64,000 nucleotides of DNA, from positions 32,001 to 96,000 of the forward strand of contig JAGSHN010000004.1 of NCBI GenBank assembly GCA_029855935.1. Reading direction: 5' to 3'. Below the pieces are notes generated by a model, which did no database searches, had not been told where the DNA came from, and saw only the letters and a list, made by a program, of their open reading frames with translations. Positions 20,412 to 28,845 of this stretch are shown here, piece by piece. Every line of letters begins with the position of its first letter. Positions within the stretch are counted from its first letter, which is position 1. Origin of the DNA: Candidatus Thorarchaeota archaeon (GTDB lineage Archaea; Asgardarchaeota; Thorarchaeia; Thorarchaeales; Thorarchaeaceae). The position numbers and the translations under genes were made by a program.

Positions 20412-22712
20412 TCAACGAGGCGTCAGCTCTATCACGTGGGGCAGGCCATCATCGGACAGTGGTACCTCGGTGTATCGCTCCTTGATCACGCTGTCTGTGG
20501 GCCGACCGTCGACATATGCGATGAATTGTTCTCCAGAGACCGCACGGAACTGGACCCGAATCCTGCGAGAGGGCGGAACCCAAGCACCCAATCGCTGTCC
20601 GAGCGAGAGGCGATAGCCGCCAGAGGAGGTTGTCTCGAACCTCATGGGAGTGACCGAGTGATTGCCCACATTGGATATTCCATCATCCTCGAAGAACACG
20701 AATTCAGAACTGCCTCCGGGAAATGCCCACAATATCAGGTCGCCCTGATCCTCGCCTGTGTGCTGCACAACTCGTCCAGTAGGAATGATATGACCACCAC
20801 GAACAAACACCGGGACCACGCGCAAAGGCGCCTCGACAGTCAAATGTGTCGGGCCTATGATGTGCTCATCGGTCCAGAGTGAGTACCAGATGCCTCGTGG
20901 GAAGTACACCTCTCTAGACTCCATGCCGGGCCTGACAATGGGGGCGACCATGAGCGCAGGGCCCACCATAAACTGATCATCGAGAGCATATGTCGTGACA
21001 TCATCCTGAAACTCAAGCACGAGGGGGCGCATTATTGGGCAGCCAGTCGTGTGGGCCTCCCACGCCAACGAATAGAGATATCGCAGTAGACTATACCTGA
21101 GATCGATAGCTTGCCGAATGATGTCCTCTACCTCTGGTCCAAACAGCCACGGCTCCTGACGCGCAGATGAGATGTTAGAATGGTTTCTGAAGAATGGGTA
21201 GAAGCAGCCCACCTGATACCAGCGGGCCAACAGATCTCCCGTCACGTCGTCCCAGAACCCACCAACATCCGCACCACATATGGGTACACCGGAGAGCCCA
21301 AGATTGAGAAGCATTGGAATGGAGAGACGAAGATGTTCCCAAGATGACCTGTTGTCACCAGTCCACGTGGCCGCATATCGCTGGTAGCCTGCAAAGCCCG
21401 AGCGGGTGAGTATAAATGGCCTCTGAGAGGGACGAAGCCGTTTGAGCCCATCAAATGTAGATATCGTCATATGAAGGCCATAGAGATTCCTAAGACGCGG
21501 CTCCCAGGGTCGCCCCTCAGAGTCGACCACGTTGCGCATAGAATACTCCTCTCGAAGACCGACATAGATGCAGTTGCTGGGTTCATTCATGTCAAGCCAG
21601 CTGCTCAGCGATGTCATTGAGAGACGCTCGTATTTTGAGGCGAACCACTCTCTCACCTCGCTGCGGGAGAAATCCGGAAAGACTGTTTCACCGGGCCAGA
21701 CGAGCCCCACATAGACGGATCCGTCACGATTCCTCAAGAAGTAGTCACTTGCCAAGCCCTCGTCGTAGAGGTCAAAGCCCTCCTCCTTCTTGACGCCGGG
21801 ATCGATGATTGTCATGACTTGAAATCCCATCTGGCCGAGGCGAGCAACAAAGTCGGAGGGGTCGGGGAACACTTGTCTGTCCCAAGTGAATATGCGGTAC
21901 CCGTCCATATAGGCGATGTCCAGCACCAGTGTATCACAGGGAATCGCCCGACGACGGTACTCTCTGGCGAGACTCAAGATGTCGTCCTCACTCTCGTACT
22001 CCATCCAGCGTGAGTGCTGATGCCCCATCGCCCACCGAGGCACGAGGTGCGGCCTCCCAGTCAGACTGGTATATGCATCAATCACGTCTCTCATCCGCGG
22101 GCCGACGAAGACATAGTAGTCCAGTGGACCATCGGGCGCCCCGAATGCGTAGTGTCCGGCAGATGTCGATGCTAGGTCAAAGAAGGTACGATACGAGTTG
22201 TCAAGGAATACCCCATGCGCCCTACCGTCCCGAAGAACAATGAAGAATGGAATGGACTGATAGAGAGGATCGGAGTCAGGGCCGTATTCGGGGTCGTCTG
22301 TATTCCACATCTCATAGTAGAGACCACGCTTGTCGAGACCGTGCGCCTTCTCACCAAGACCATAGAATCTCTCCTCACCAAGCATTGTCCTTCTGCAGAC
22401 GAATCCGCTCTCAGTCCACTCTATCCCGCCCGTGGTGTCATCCTCGGCAATCACGGTCCCCGTGGAGTCTCTCAACACAATCCGGAGCGGTGCGAACTCC
22501 AACGTGAGGGACAGGTCCGGGGTTCTGAGATGCCACGCAGTATCACCCTTGGACACCTCGCATGTGGTCTCTGTACCAAGTCCGACCACTGACCAAGACG
22601 GCTCTCCACGCAACACATCGCTCCGCGATGCCTGAACACGTATTGTGCGCGATGACACTACCGTGATGCGAAGACGACCCGCATCCAGCTCGAAATCGAA
22701 GGCGCGGCCCAT
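20412..22712 (-). CDS. glycoside hydrolase family 31 alpha-glucosidase
   Basis: YGLGEK, WLDMNEP nucleophile, WTGDN acid/base, PFFRNH; ATG 22712 follows GGTGAGG. Confidence 0.93.
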   Translation of the reverse strand: MGRAFDFELDAGRLRITVVSSRTIRVQASRSDVLRGEPSWSVVGLGTETTCEVSKGDTAWHLRTPDLSLTLEFAPLRIVLRDSTGTVIAEDDTTGGIEWTESGFVCRRTMLGEERFYGLGEKAHGLDKRGLYYEMWNTDDPEYGPDSDPLYQSIPFFIVLRDGRAHGVFLDNSYRTFFDLASTSAGHYAFGAPDGPLDYYVFVGPRMRDVIDAYTSLTGRPHLVPRWAMGHQHSRWMEYESEDDILSLAREYRRRAIPCDTLVLDIAYMDGYRIFTWDRQVFPDPSDFVARLGQMGFQVMTIIDPGVKKEEGFDLYDEGLASDYFLRNRDGSVYVGLVWPGETVFPDFSRSEVREWFASKYERLSMTSLSSWLDMNEPSNCIYVGLREEYSMRNVVDSEGRPWEPRLRNLYGLHMTISTFDGLKRLRPSQRPFILTRSGFAGYQRYAATWTGDNRSSWEHLRLSIPMLLNLGLSGVPICGADVGGFWDDVTGDLLARWYQVGCFYPFFRNHSNISSARQEPWLFGPEVEDIIRQAIDLRYSLLRYLYSLAWEAHTTGCPIMRPLVLEFQDDVTTYALDDQFMVGPALMVAPIVRPGMESREVYFPRGIWYSLWTDEHIIGPTHLTVEAPLRVVPVFVRGGHIIPTGRVVQHTGEDQGDLILWAFPGGSSEFVFFEDDGISNVGNHSVTPMRFETTSSGGYRLSLGQRLGAWVPPSRRIRVQFRAVSGEQFIAYVDGRPTDSVIKERYTEVPLSDDGLPHVIELTPR

Positions 22713-22913
22713 CGCATCTGATGCCTCACCGCGGTATCGGACCACTATCACAGTAGACCACTCAATCACGGTTTGGAGTGCTCTCTTTTTTCGCTTTTGA
22801 CTGGCAATCATCTTGGTCATCAAGCGTAATGCCCCATCTGAAATGGCATCCCTCAGCGTGCCATGAGAACTGAGAAAAGGCGCTGCCGCACACAGTTTCA
22901 CCTGGTGATCTCA

Positions 22914-23807
22914 ATTCGACGTAACAATGTGATCATCGATGACACCTTTGCCGAGGCCTTCTCAATGCACATGAACAGGACGATAATCACTGCATATAGT
23001 GCAGAGTGGGCACGAGTGACCGCCCTTGAAGCTACTGGCTTTGGAACCTCTGTCATAATGGCGCCTGCAGAGGCAGGCGTTGAGCGTGTCCTCGGTCCAG
23101 AGGAAACCCCCGATGGAAGGCCTGGTATTGGAGTGATCTTTGCGACAGCGAAGAAGGGCGACTTGGAACAACAGCTGGTTGCACGACTCAGTCAGTGCGT
23201 CCTCACGAGTCCAACGGCCTGCGCCTATGATGACACTCCTGATCCACGAGAAACATATCCTGTGGGACGCAAGATTGCACTATTCGGCGACGGATATCAG
23301 ACAAAGAAAGGACCGATTGGTGGTCGCGTTCTGTGGCTCGTGCCAAGAATGAGTGGGACCTTTGTCATCCAAGAGGGATTTGGACGCACAAAGGGTGTTG
23401 CTGGGGGAAACATCATCTACTTTTGCAAGGACGTAGAAACGGGAATGACAAGTGGTAGGGCTGCTGTACAGGCAATCGAACGGATCGAGGGCGCATACAC
23501 CCCATTTCCGGGAGGGCTTGTCGGCTCTGGCTCAAAGATTGGTTCAAAGTATGGTCTTCCTGCGTCAACGAACGAACGGTTCTGTCCCACAATCAGGACA
23601 CTCGTTGAGGAATCGGAGGTGCCGCCGGAATGCAACTTTGTCGTCGAGATAGTCATCAATGGTCTGAGTGAAACGGTCGTGCGGCGGGCTATGCGTGTCG
23701 CCATTGAAACCGTCTGCGAGTATCCCGGCGTCATCCGGGTCACAGCAGGCAACTTTGGAGGAAAACTAGGCAAGTATATGATTCCCTTGCACGAGTTGCT
23801 CAGGTAA
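22914..23807 (+). CDS. ftr: formylmethanofuran:H4MPT formyltransferase
   Basis: IDDTFAEAF, TGFGTSVI..PAEAG, TPDGRPG, GVAGGN, AGNFGGKLG; start either ATT 22914 or GTG 22905. Confidence 0.95.
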   Translation: MRRNNVIIDDTFAEAFSMHMNRTIITAYSAEWARVTALEATGFGTSVIMAPAEAGVERVLGPEETPDGRPGIGVIFATAKKGDLEQQLVARLSQCVLTSPTACAYDDTPDPRETYPVGRKIALFGDGYQTKKGPIGGRVLWLVPRMSGTFVIQEGFGRTKGVAGGNIIYFCKDVETGMTSGRAAVQAIERIEGAYTPFPGGLVGSGSKIGSKYGLPASTNERFCPTIRTLVEESEVPPECNFVVEIVINGLSETVVRRAMRVAIETVCEYPGVIRVTAGNFGGKLGKYMIPLHELLR

Positions 23808-23877
23808 GCCGCATATCAGCCAACACAGCGGAATCGGGGAAGGACCATTATACGTCAAGAGCACCTCAACAATGTCA

Positions 23878-23890
23878 GAAAGCTTTATCT
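23878..23890 (+). promoter_or_regulatory. BRE/TATA promoter candidate for tRNA-Thr
   Basis: GAAAGC-TTTATCT about 30 nt upstream of the tRNA. Confidence 0.6.
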
Positions 23891-23916
23891 CAGATTCGCA
23901 GACAGCCTCTTGCGGT

Positions 23917-23994
23917 GCCCCAGTAGCTTAGCCCGGTTAGATCGCCTCCTTGGTAAGGAGGAGGCCGCGGGTTCAAATCCCGCCTGGGGCTCCA
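23917..23994 (+). tRNA. tRNA-Thr(GGT), CCA encoded
   Basis: GCCCCAG/CTGGGGC acceptor; CCTCC-TTGGTAA-GGAGG anticodon arm. Confidence 0.96.
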
Positions 23995-24030
23995 CCATCT
24001 AGTTTTGTATCTCATCTGCTGTAGGACGTT

Positions 24031-24255
24031 CTAGTGAAGCCGGCGCCTCTTACCGCGAAGGAGCATCAGACGCTGTGCCTCTTCCGCGCCAACAAGCCTC
24101 GTAAGCTCTCTGCGCGCACGATCTTCGTCAGGCTCAGCCAACCATCTCTCCACCTCTTTCCTCAATGCGGGAGAGAGGTCTTGGGCCAGCTTCTTCGCCC
24201 TACCCTTCTTATCAAGGTCGAAATCGTCAGGTCCGAGAAGACTCATTCTAATCAC
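24031..24255 (-). CDS. small hypothetical protein
   Basis: 74-aa charged helical ORF filling the gap between tRNA-Thr and fwdC. Confidence 0.55.
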   Translation of the reverse strand: MIRMSLLGPDDFDLDKKGRAKKLAQDLSPALRKEVERWLAEPDEDRARRELTRLVGAEEAQRLMLLRGKRRRLH

Positions 24256-24341
24256 TATTCACTCTGCAGTACGAGAATATGACCTTTGGCATCGGGCAGA
24301 GGGGACAAGGGTTTTATCAGAACGACTAATCGGAGTGACTG

Positions 24342-25214
24342 GTGCACTCTCCTGTGACAGTTACACTGCGAATCAGAGAGCCGCCCGATATCCCCATCGA
24401 GGCGGAAACAATCAGACCACGACTGTTCGTCGGAAAGAGTCTCTCAGAGATAGAGCGACTCCCAATACGGCAGGGAAATGCAACGAGGTGCCTGTCGGAT
24501 TTCTTCGATGTTACAGGACAGACAGCATTCACCCCGGAGGAGATGACCATTGTCGTGGAGGGTGACCTGAAACGCGTGAAGATGATAGGCGCGGGGATGG
24601 ATGGTGGCAGAATCAAGGTCAATGGAGATGTCGGGATGTATCTTGGCATGCGGATGCAGGCAGGGCGCATCGTTGTCAGAGGCTCCGTGGGATCTTGGGC
24701 TGCAGCCGAGATGAGTGGGGGGAACATTCAGATTGAGGGCGATGCAGGAGACTATCTGTGCGCGGCACTCAGAGGGAGTACAGAAGGGATGCGTGGAGGC
24801 AGGGTCTACGTTGCAGGGTCTGCCGGACGAGTGATGGCGGCAAACATGCGGAGAGGATTCATTGTCATCCGTGGTGATGTCGGAGAGATGGCTGGTGCTG
24901 GTATGCGTGGAGGTACGATAGTCGTGTGCGGACGGCTCTCTCAGCGTGCGGGTGTCCATGGCACCCGGGGGATGGTCTTCGTAATGGGAGAGGTAACATC
25001 ACTGCCACCCACCTTCAGATATAGTGGGACTGGGCCGAGTGAGTTCATCCCCTATTACCTGAGATATGTTGCCTCCCGAAGACCGGACTTTGTGGAGAAT
25101 GTCGACTACACAGAGGACTGGATAAAGTTTCAAGGGGACTTCGCAGAGGACACGCCACGAATGGAGGTATTTGCAGCGAGCAAGGACAACGAACATCTGA
25201 TATCAGGGGTGTGA
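24342..25214 (+). CDS. fwdC: formylmethanofuran dehydrogenase subunit C
   Basis: LSDFFDV; repeated MxGGxIxVxGxxG beta-helix units. Confidence 0.93.
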   Translation: MHSPVTVTLRIREPPDIPIEAETIRPRLFVGKSLSEIERLPIRQGNATRCLSDFFDVTGQTAFTPEEMTIVVEGDLKRVKMIGAGMDGGRIKVNGDVGMYLGMRMQAGRIVVRGSVGSWAAAEMSGGNIQIEGDAGDYLCAALRGSTEGMRGGRVYVAGSAGRVMAANMRRGFIVIRGDVGEMAGAGMRGGTIVVCGRLSQRAGVHGTRGMVFVMGEVTSLPPTFRYSGTGPSEFIPYYLRYVASRRPDFVENVDYTEDWIKFQGDFAEDTPRMEVFAASKDNEHLISGV

Positions 25215-25218
25215 CACC

Positions 25219-26181
25219 TTGATTAGCGTGAGTGAGGGTGGGCTTCAGAAAATTCAGGAGATTATGGACAGCCATGAGAAACTCAACTGTAGGGTGATAG
25301 AGCAGGACAATGGTGTCACCGTTGTCGACGCGGGTGTGAGCGTCGAGGGCTGCACGGAGTTGGGACGGCTGATAGGCGAACTCTGTCTTGGGGGGCAGGG
25401 GGCTGTGAGACTTTCGCAGGCCCACATAGGAGAGCTGACTTTGCCAGCAGTAGTGGTCGCTGTGGGGGAGGCCCCGATTGCAACACTAGGCTGCCAGTTC
25501 GCGGGGTGGAGAATCAAGGTCGGCGACTTCTTTGCGATGGCCTCAGGACCTGCACGGGCAGTTGCCCGCGTGGAAGCAGAGTTGTTCGAAGAGCTCGACT
25601 ACAGTGACGACGCCGATCGGACGGTTGTCTTCCTTGAGGCATCGCAGCTGCCAAGTCAGGATGTCACCAGCTACATTGCCAGTGAGTGTGAAATCTCACC
25701 GGAGGGCCTCTACTGTGTTGTTGCCCCAACAGCGAGCATTGCAGGTTCTGTCCAGATATCATCACGGATAGTGGAGGTCGCAGTCCACAAGCTCCATATG
25801 CTCGGATTCGATGTGAAACGCATTCGGCGTGGACAGGGCGTCGCGCCAATCGCGCCAGTGGCGAGGACGGATGCAAAAGCAATGGGGCTGACCAATGACT
25901 GTATACTGTACGGAGGAAGAGCGTATCTCTACGTGGTCGGCGAGGAGGGAGAGGACCTTGAGAGGTTGGTGAAACAATGCCCCTCAAGTGCATCGGAACA
26001 GTACGGTCGGCCGTTCTACGAACTGTTCAAGTCGGTGGGCTTTGACTTCTATAAGGTTGACCCGATGCTGTTCAGCCCCGCAGAAATCACGCTCATCGAT
26101 GTGACGACTCGAGAGGGATACGTCGCAGGAGAGGTGAATCCGGAGGTCTTGAAGAGGTCTTTGGAAACATACGGACAGTAG
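25219..26181 (+). CDS. mch: methenyl-H4MPT cyclohydrolase
   Basis: LGCQFAGW, MASGPARA, APTASIAGSVQI, TNDCILYGG, DFYKVDPMLFSPA. Confidence 0.96.
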   Translation: MISVSEGGLQKIQEIMDSHEKLNCRVIEQDNGVTVVDAGVSVEGCTELGRLIGELCLGGQGAVRLSQAHIGELTLPAVVVAVGEAPIATLGCQFAGWRIKVGDFFAMASGPARAVARVEAELFEELDYSDDADRTVVFLEASQLPSQDVTSYIASECEISPEGLYCVVAPTASIAGSVQISSRIVEVAVHKLHMLGFDVKRIRRGQGVAPIAPVARTDAKAMGLTNDCILYGGRAYLYVVGEEGEDLERLVKQCPSSASEQYGRPFYELFKSVGFDFYKVDPMLFSPAEITLIDVTTREGYVAGEVNPEVLKRSLETYGQ

Positions 26182-26255
26182 AGGTGGCCGCAATACATTC
26201 TAGGAGCACAAGTCGCGAGCTGAGGGGCGACGGCGACGAGAGGTGAGAGGGCCAG

Positions 26256-26540
26256 TTGATAGTCACTGTGCGAATGAGAGGACCACTAGCGGAAACTGTC
26301 GGTGGAGATGGGCAGATAGAGATGAAGATAGATGAGGAAAACGCGAAACTGAGAGATCTTCTCACAGAGATCATATCAACCATTGAGGCCATAGGTGCTG
26401 TCTGGCGCTCGGCCGACGAGATTCTGCGTGATGCGCTAGTTCTCAGAAACAACACGGATGTCAGTCTCACCGGAGGACTGGACACAGTTCTCCAAGAGGG
26501 CGACTCGATAGTCATCCTGCCACTGGTACACGGAGGCTAG
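26256..26540 (+). CDS. MoaD/SAMP/Urm1-like ubiquitin-fold sulfur carrier
   Basis: GLDTVLQEGDSIVILPLVHGG C-terminal diglycine. Confidence 0.9.
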   Translation: MIVTVRMRGPLAETVGGDGQIEMKIDEENAKLRDLLTEIISTIEAIGAVWRSADEILRDALVLRNNTDVSLTGGLDTVLQEGDSIVILPLVHGG

Positions 26541-27064
26541 ACGAGCGCGGCCCCTCTATGCAGGCCGAGAGTGTTGATTTCTATTGTCCGTTCGGGGACA
26601 AGGTCACGAAGCGCCGACTCTAGGGCATCTAGGGTCACTACTTTGGAAACCTCTGCCAAGGCACCGAGCATCACCATGTTCGAAACCATCCTTGAGCCGA
26701 GGCCGTCAGCTGTGCGCATGGCTGGCACGGGGACTACTCTGAAGTCATCGCAGTCGTGGCACTGGACCAAGTCAGGATCGACTATCAGGGTACTATGGGG
26801 CTTTGCACCCTCCACATATATGTCAAATGCCTTCTGGGACATAAATATGCTATAGTCAGCTCTGATCACCTTCGGATAACGAATGGGAGTGTCACTGATT
26901 ATTACCTCGCTCTTCGCGGCGGTGCCTCTCGCCTCAGAGCCGTAGCTCTGCGTCTGTACAGCATCGAGGCCGCTGTAAACGACGGCGGCGTGGCCGAGTA
27001 CCACACCAGCCAAGACAACGCCCATCCCACCAGTTCCCGCGATACGAATCTCAGTTCTCATCAA
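26537..27064 (-). CDS. korC: 2-oxoacid:ferredoxin oxidoreductase gamma subunit
   Basis: EIRIAGTGGMG, QTQSYGSEARG, NMVMLGA. Confidence 0.9.
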   Translation of the reverse strand: MMRTEIRIAGTGGMGVVLAGVVLGHAAVVYSGLDAVQTQSYGSEARGTAAKSEVIISDTPIRYPKVIRADYSIFMSQKAFDIYVEGAKPHSTLIVDPDLVQCHDCDDFRVVPVPAMRTADGLGSRMVSNMVMLGALAEVSKVVTLDALESALRDLVPERTIEINTLGLHRGAALV

Positions 27065-27079
27065 GGATGCACTCCCATC

Positions 27080-27898
27080 TCACGACGATAGTAGGCCGAG
27101 GGACTCCAGAAGGCTCACATCCTCTCTGTCGGCAAACTCGCCGAGGTCTTGGCCCATCTTGGTCGGAACAGATGGGGTCAGCGGCTGTCCCCGCTTCCTG
27201 ACTGGCAGTTGTTTAAACCACTTTATCATATCGGGGGCCTGCCCCGCGCCAGTCCGCCGACCATATGCGGTGGGACACTGACTGAGAATCTCGATAAAGG
27301 AGAATCCCTTGCGCTCCAGAGCCTTTCGAATTGAACGTGATGCCTGAATTGGGTGAGCTGTGGTCCACCGTGCAACATAGTTGGCGCCTGCAGCAGCAAC
27401 GAGACGTGCGAGGTCAAACGGCCGCTCAGGATTGCCATATGGTGACGTCGTTGTTCTGTCACCAGTGAAAGTTGTTGGAGCAACCTGCCCGCCCGTCATC
27501 CCATAGATGAAGTTCGTGGAGCATATGACGGTGATGTCAAGGTTTCTTCGCGCAGCGTGAATCAGATGATTGCCGCCGATGGCAGCGAGATCACCATCAC
27601 CACTGATGACGACGACAGTCAGCTCAGGTCGAGCAAGCTTCAGTCCTGTTGCGAAGGCAATGGCACGCCCGTGCGTCGTGTGGAGGGTGTCTGCATTAAA
27701 GTGAGGGGACGGTATCCACGCTCCACAGCCGATACCTGACACGAAGGCGAATCCGCTGAGGTCCTCATGGCCGAGATCGTGGACAGCCTTCAGAAAGGCA
27801 TTGGCAATAATTCCGTTGCCACAACCGGGACAAAACGGCGTGGGGAGGGCCTTTTCACGTAGGTACCGACGCGCGAAATGATGATTCGAAACTACCAC
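27080..27898 (-). CDS. korB: 2-oxoacid:ferredoxin oxidoreductase beta (TPP-binding) subunit
   Basis: FCPGCG, SGIGC, HGRA, GDGD, YGMTGGQ. Confidence 0.92.
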   Translation of the reverse strand: MVVSNHHFARRYLREKALPTPFCPGCGNGIIANAFLKAVHDLGHEDLSGFAFVSGIGCGAWIPSPHFNADTLHTTHGRAIAFATGLKLARPELTVVVISGDGDLAAIGGNHLIHAARRNLDITVICSTNFIYGMTGGQVAPTTFTGDRTTTSPYGNPERPFDLARLVAAAGANYVARWTTAHPIQASRSIRKALERKGFSFIEILSQCPTAYGRRTGAGQAPDMIKWFKQLPVRKRGQPLTPSVPTKMGQDLGEFADREDVSLLESLGLLSS

Positions 27899-28070
27899 TG
27901 TGATGACCTCGCTTTCGCTCTCTGGCCGCTCAATCCGTGTTAATAACTATTCTCAGGCGGCAATTGATGATTCAAGAAGAGAGATGAGGCCAGCGGTGCA
28001 GGCATTGGCGCGCCTTCCAGAGAGCCGCCCACAGGAGCATCCTTTTAAGAGGACGCATTCGAGAATCCCA

Positions 28071-28251
28071 GCGGACTGGACATAGCACCGACTGACTCAA
28101 TGTGGTGAATCAGCTCGCAGGCAGTTGCGCCACATTGTAGAAATCTCCTCTCGGAGGACAGGAGGCGTCTGTCCTGAACCATCAAGTCTGATCCTGACTG
28201 AGAGGGCCGTGTCCGAGTCCAGCTTGCATTCGTGAGAGGCGTAGTCGGACA
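28071..28251 (+). ncRNA. candidate structured leader RNA of the SmAP3 gene
   Basis: TTTTAA box at 28043-28048; four helices of 7-10 bp found by eye (see findings); no known family recognised. Confidence 0.45.
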
Positions 28252-28267
28252 ATAGTGGTGAATAGAG

Positions 28268-28705
28268 ATGTCAGAGGTCGCAGCTACACGGGCTTTCAAT
28301 AGAGAGATGGCATCGGTCATCGGTGCAACCGTAGAGGTTGTCACAAACACTGGGAAGACATACAAGGGGACCCTAAAGGGCGTGGATCAGAACACTCTGA
28401 GCATTGTACTGGCCGATGTGACGACCGGGGACGATGAGGAGACCAAGATCCCCCGTATATTCATCTACGGGAACAGCATTGTTTCGTTCTCCGTCACCGA
28501 GAAAGAGGTCAGTCTGGAGGGTCTTGCTAGAGAGCTCGAAAAGGTGTTCCCACCAGGTGGCGTGAGGTTCTTCCCGGACACGGGTGTCATCGTGGTGATG
28601 AACAAGATTCGGGTCACTCCAGAGGGTGTAGATGGGTCGGGTCCGTTGTACGAGCGGGTCGCAGCCATCGCCAAGCAGTGGATGGAAGAACACGGGCTCG
28701 AATGA
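28268..28705 (+). CDS. augmented Sm-like protein (SmAP3 type, Sm domain plus C-terminal domain)
   Basis: VVTNTGKTYKGTLKGVD.NTLSIVL Sm1, IFIYGNSI Sm2, LARELEKVFPPGGVR...VMNKIRV C-domain. Confidence 0.88.
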   Translation: MSEVAATRAFNREMASVIGATVEVVTNTGKTYKGTLKGVDQNTLSIVLADVTTGDDEETKIPRIFIYGNSIVSFSVTEKEVSLEGLARELEKVFPPGGVRFFPDTGVIVVMNKIRVTPEGVDGSGPLYERVAAIAKQWMEEHGLE

Positions 28706-28845
28706 TTGACTGGACTGGCAACAGGGTGATGATAGAAGAACGAAACAGTCCATAGTGGGATTACAGCTGCGACTACGACCGTTTCACTCACCAGTCATCT
28801 GCCGAGCGCGGCCCTCTCACGAGTGATTGGGCTGGTCCAGTTCAT

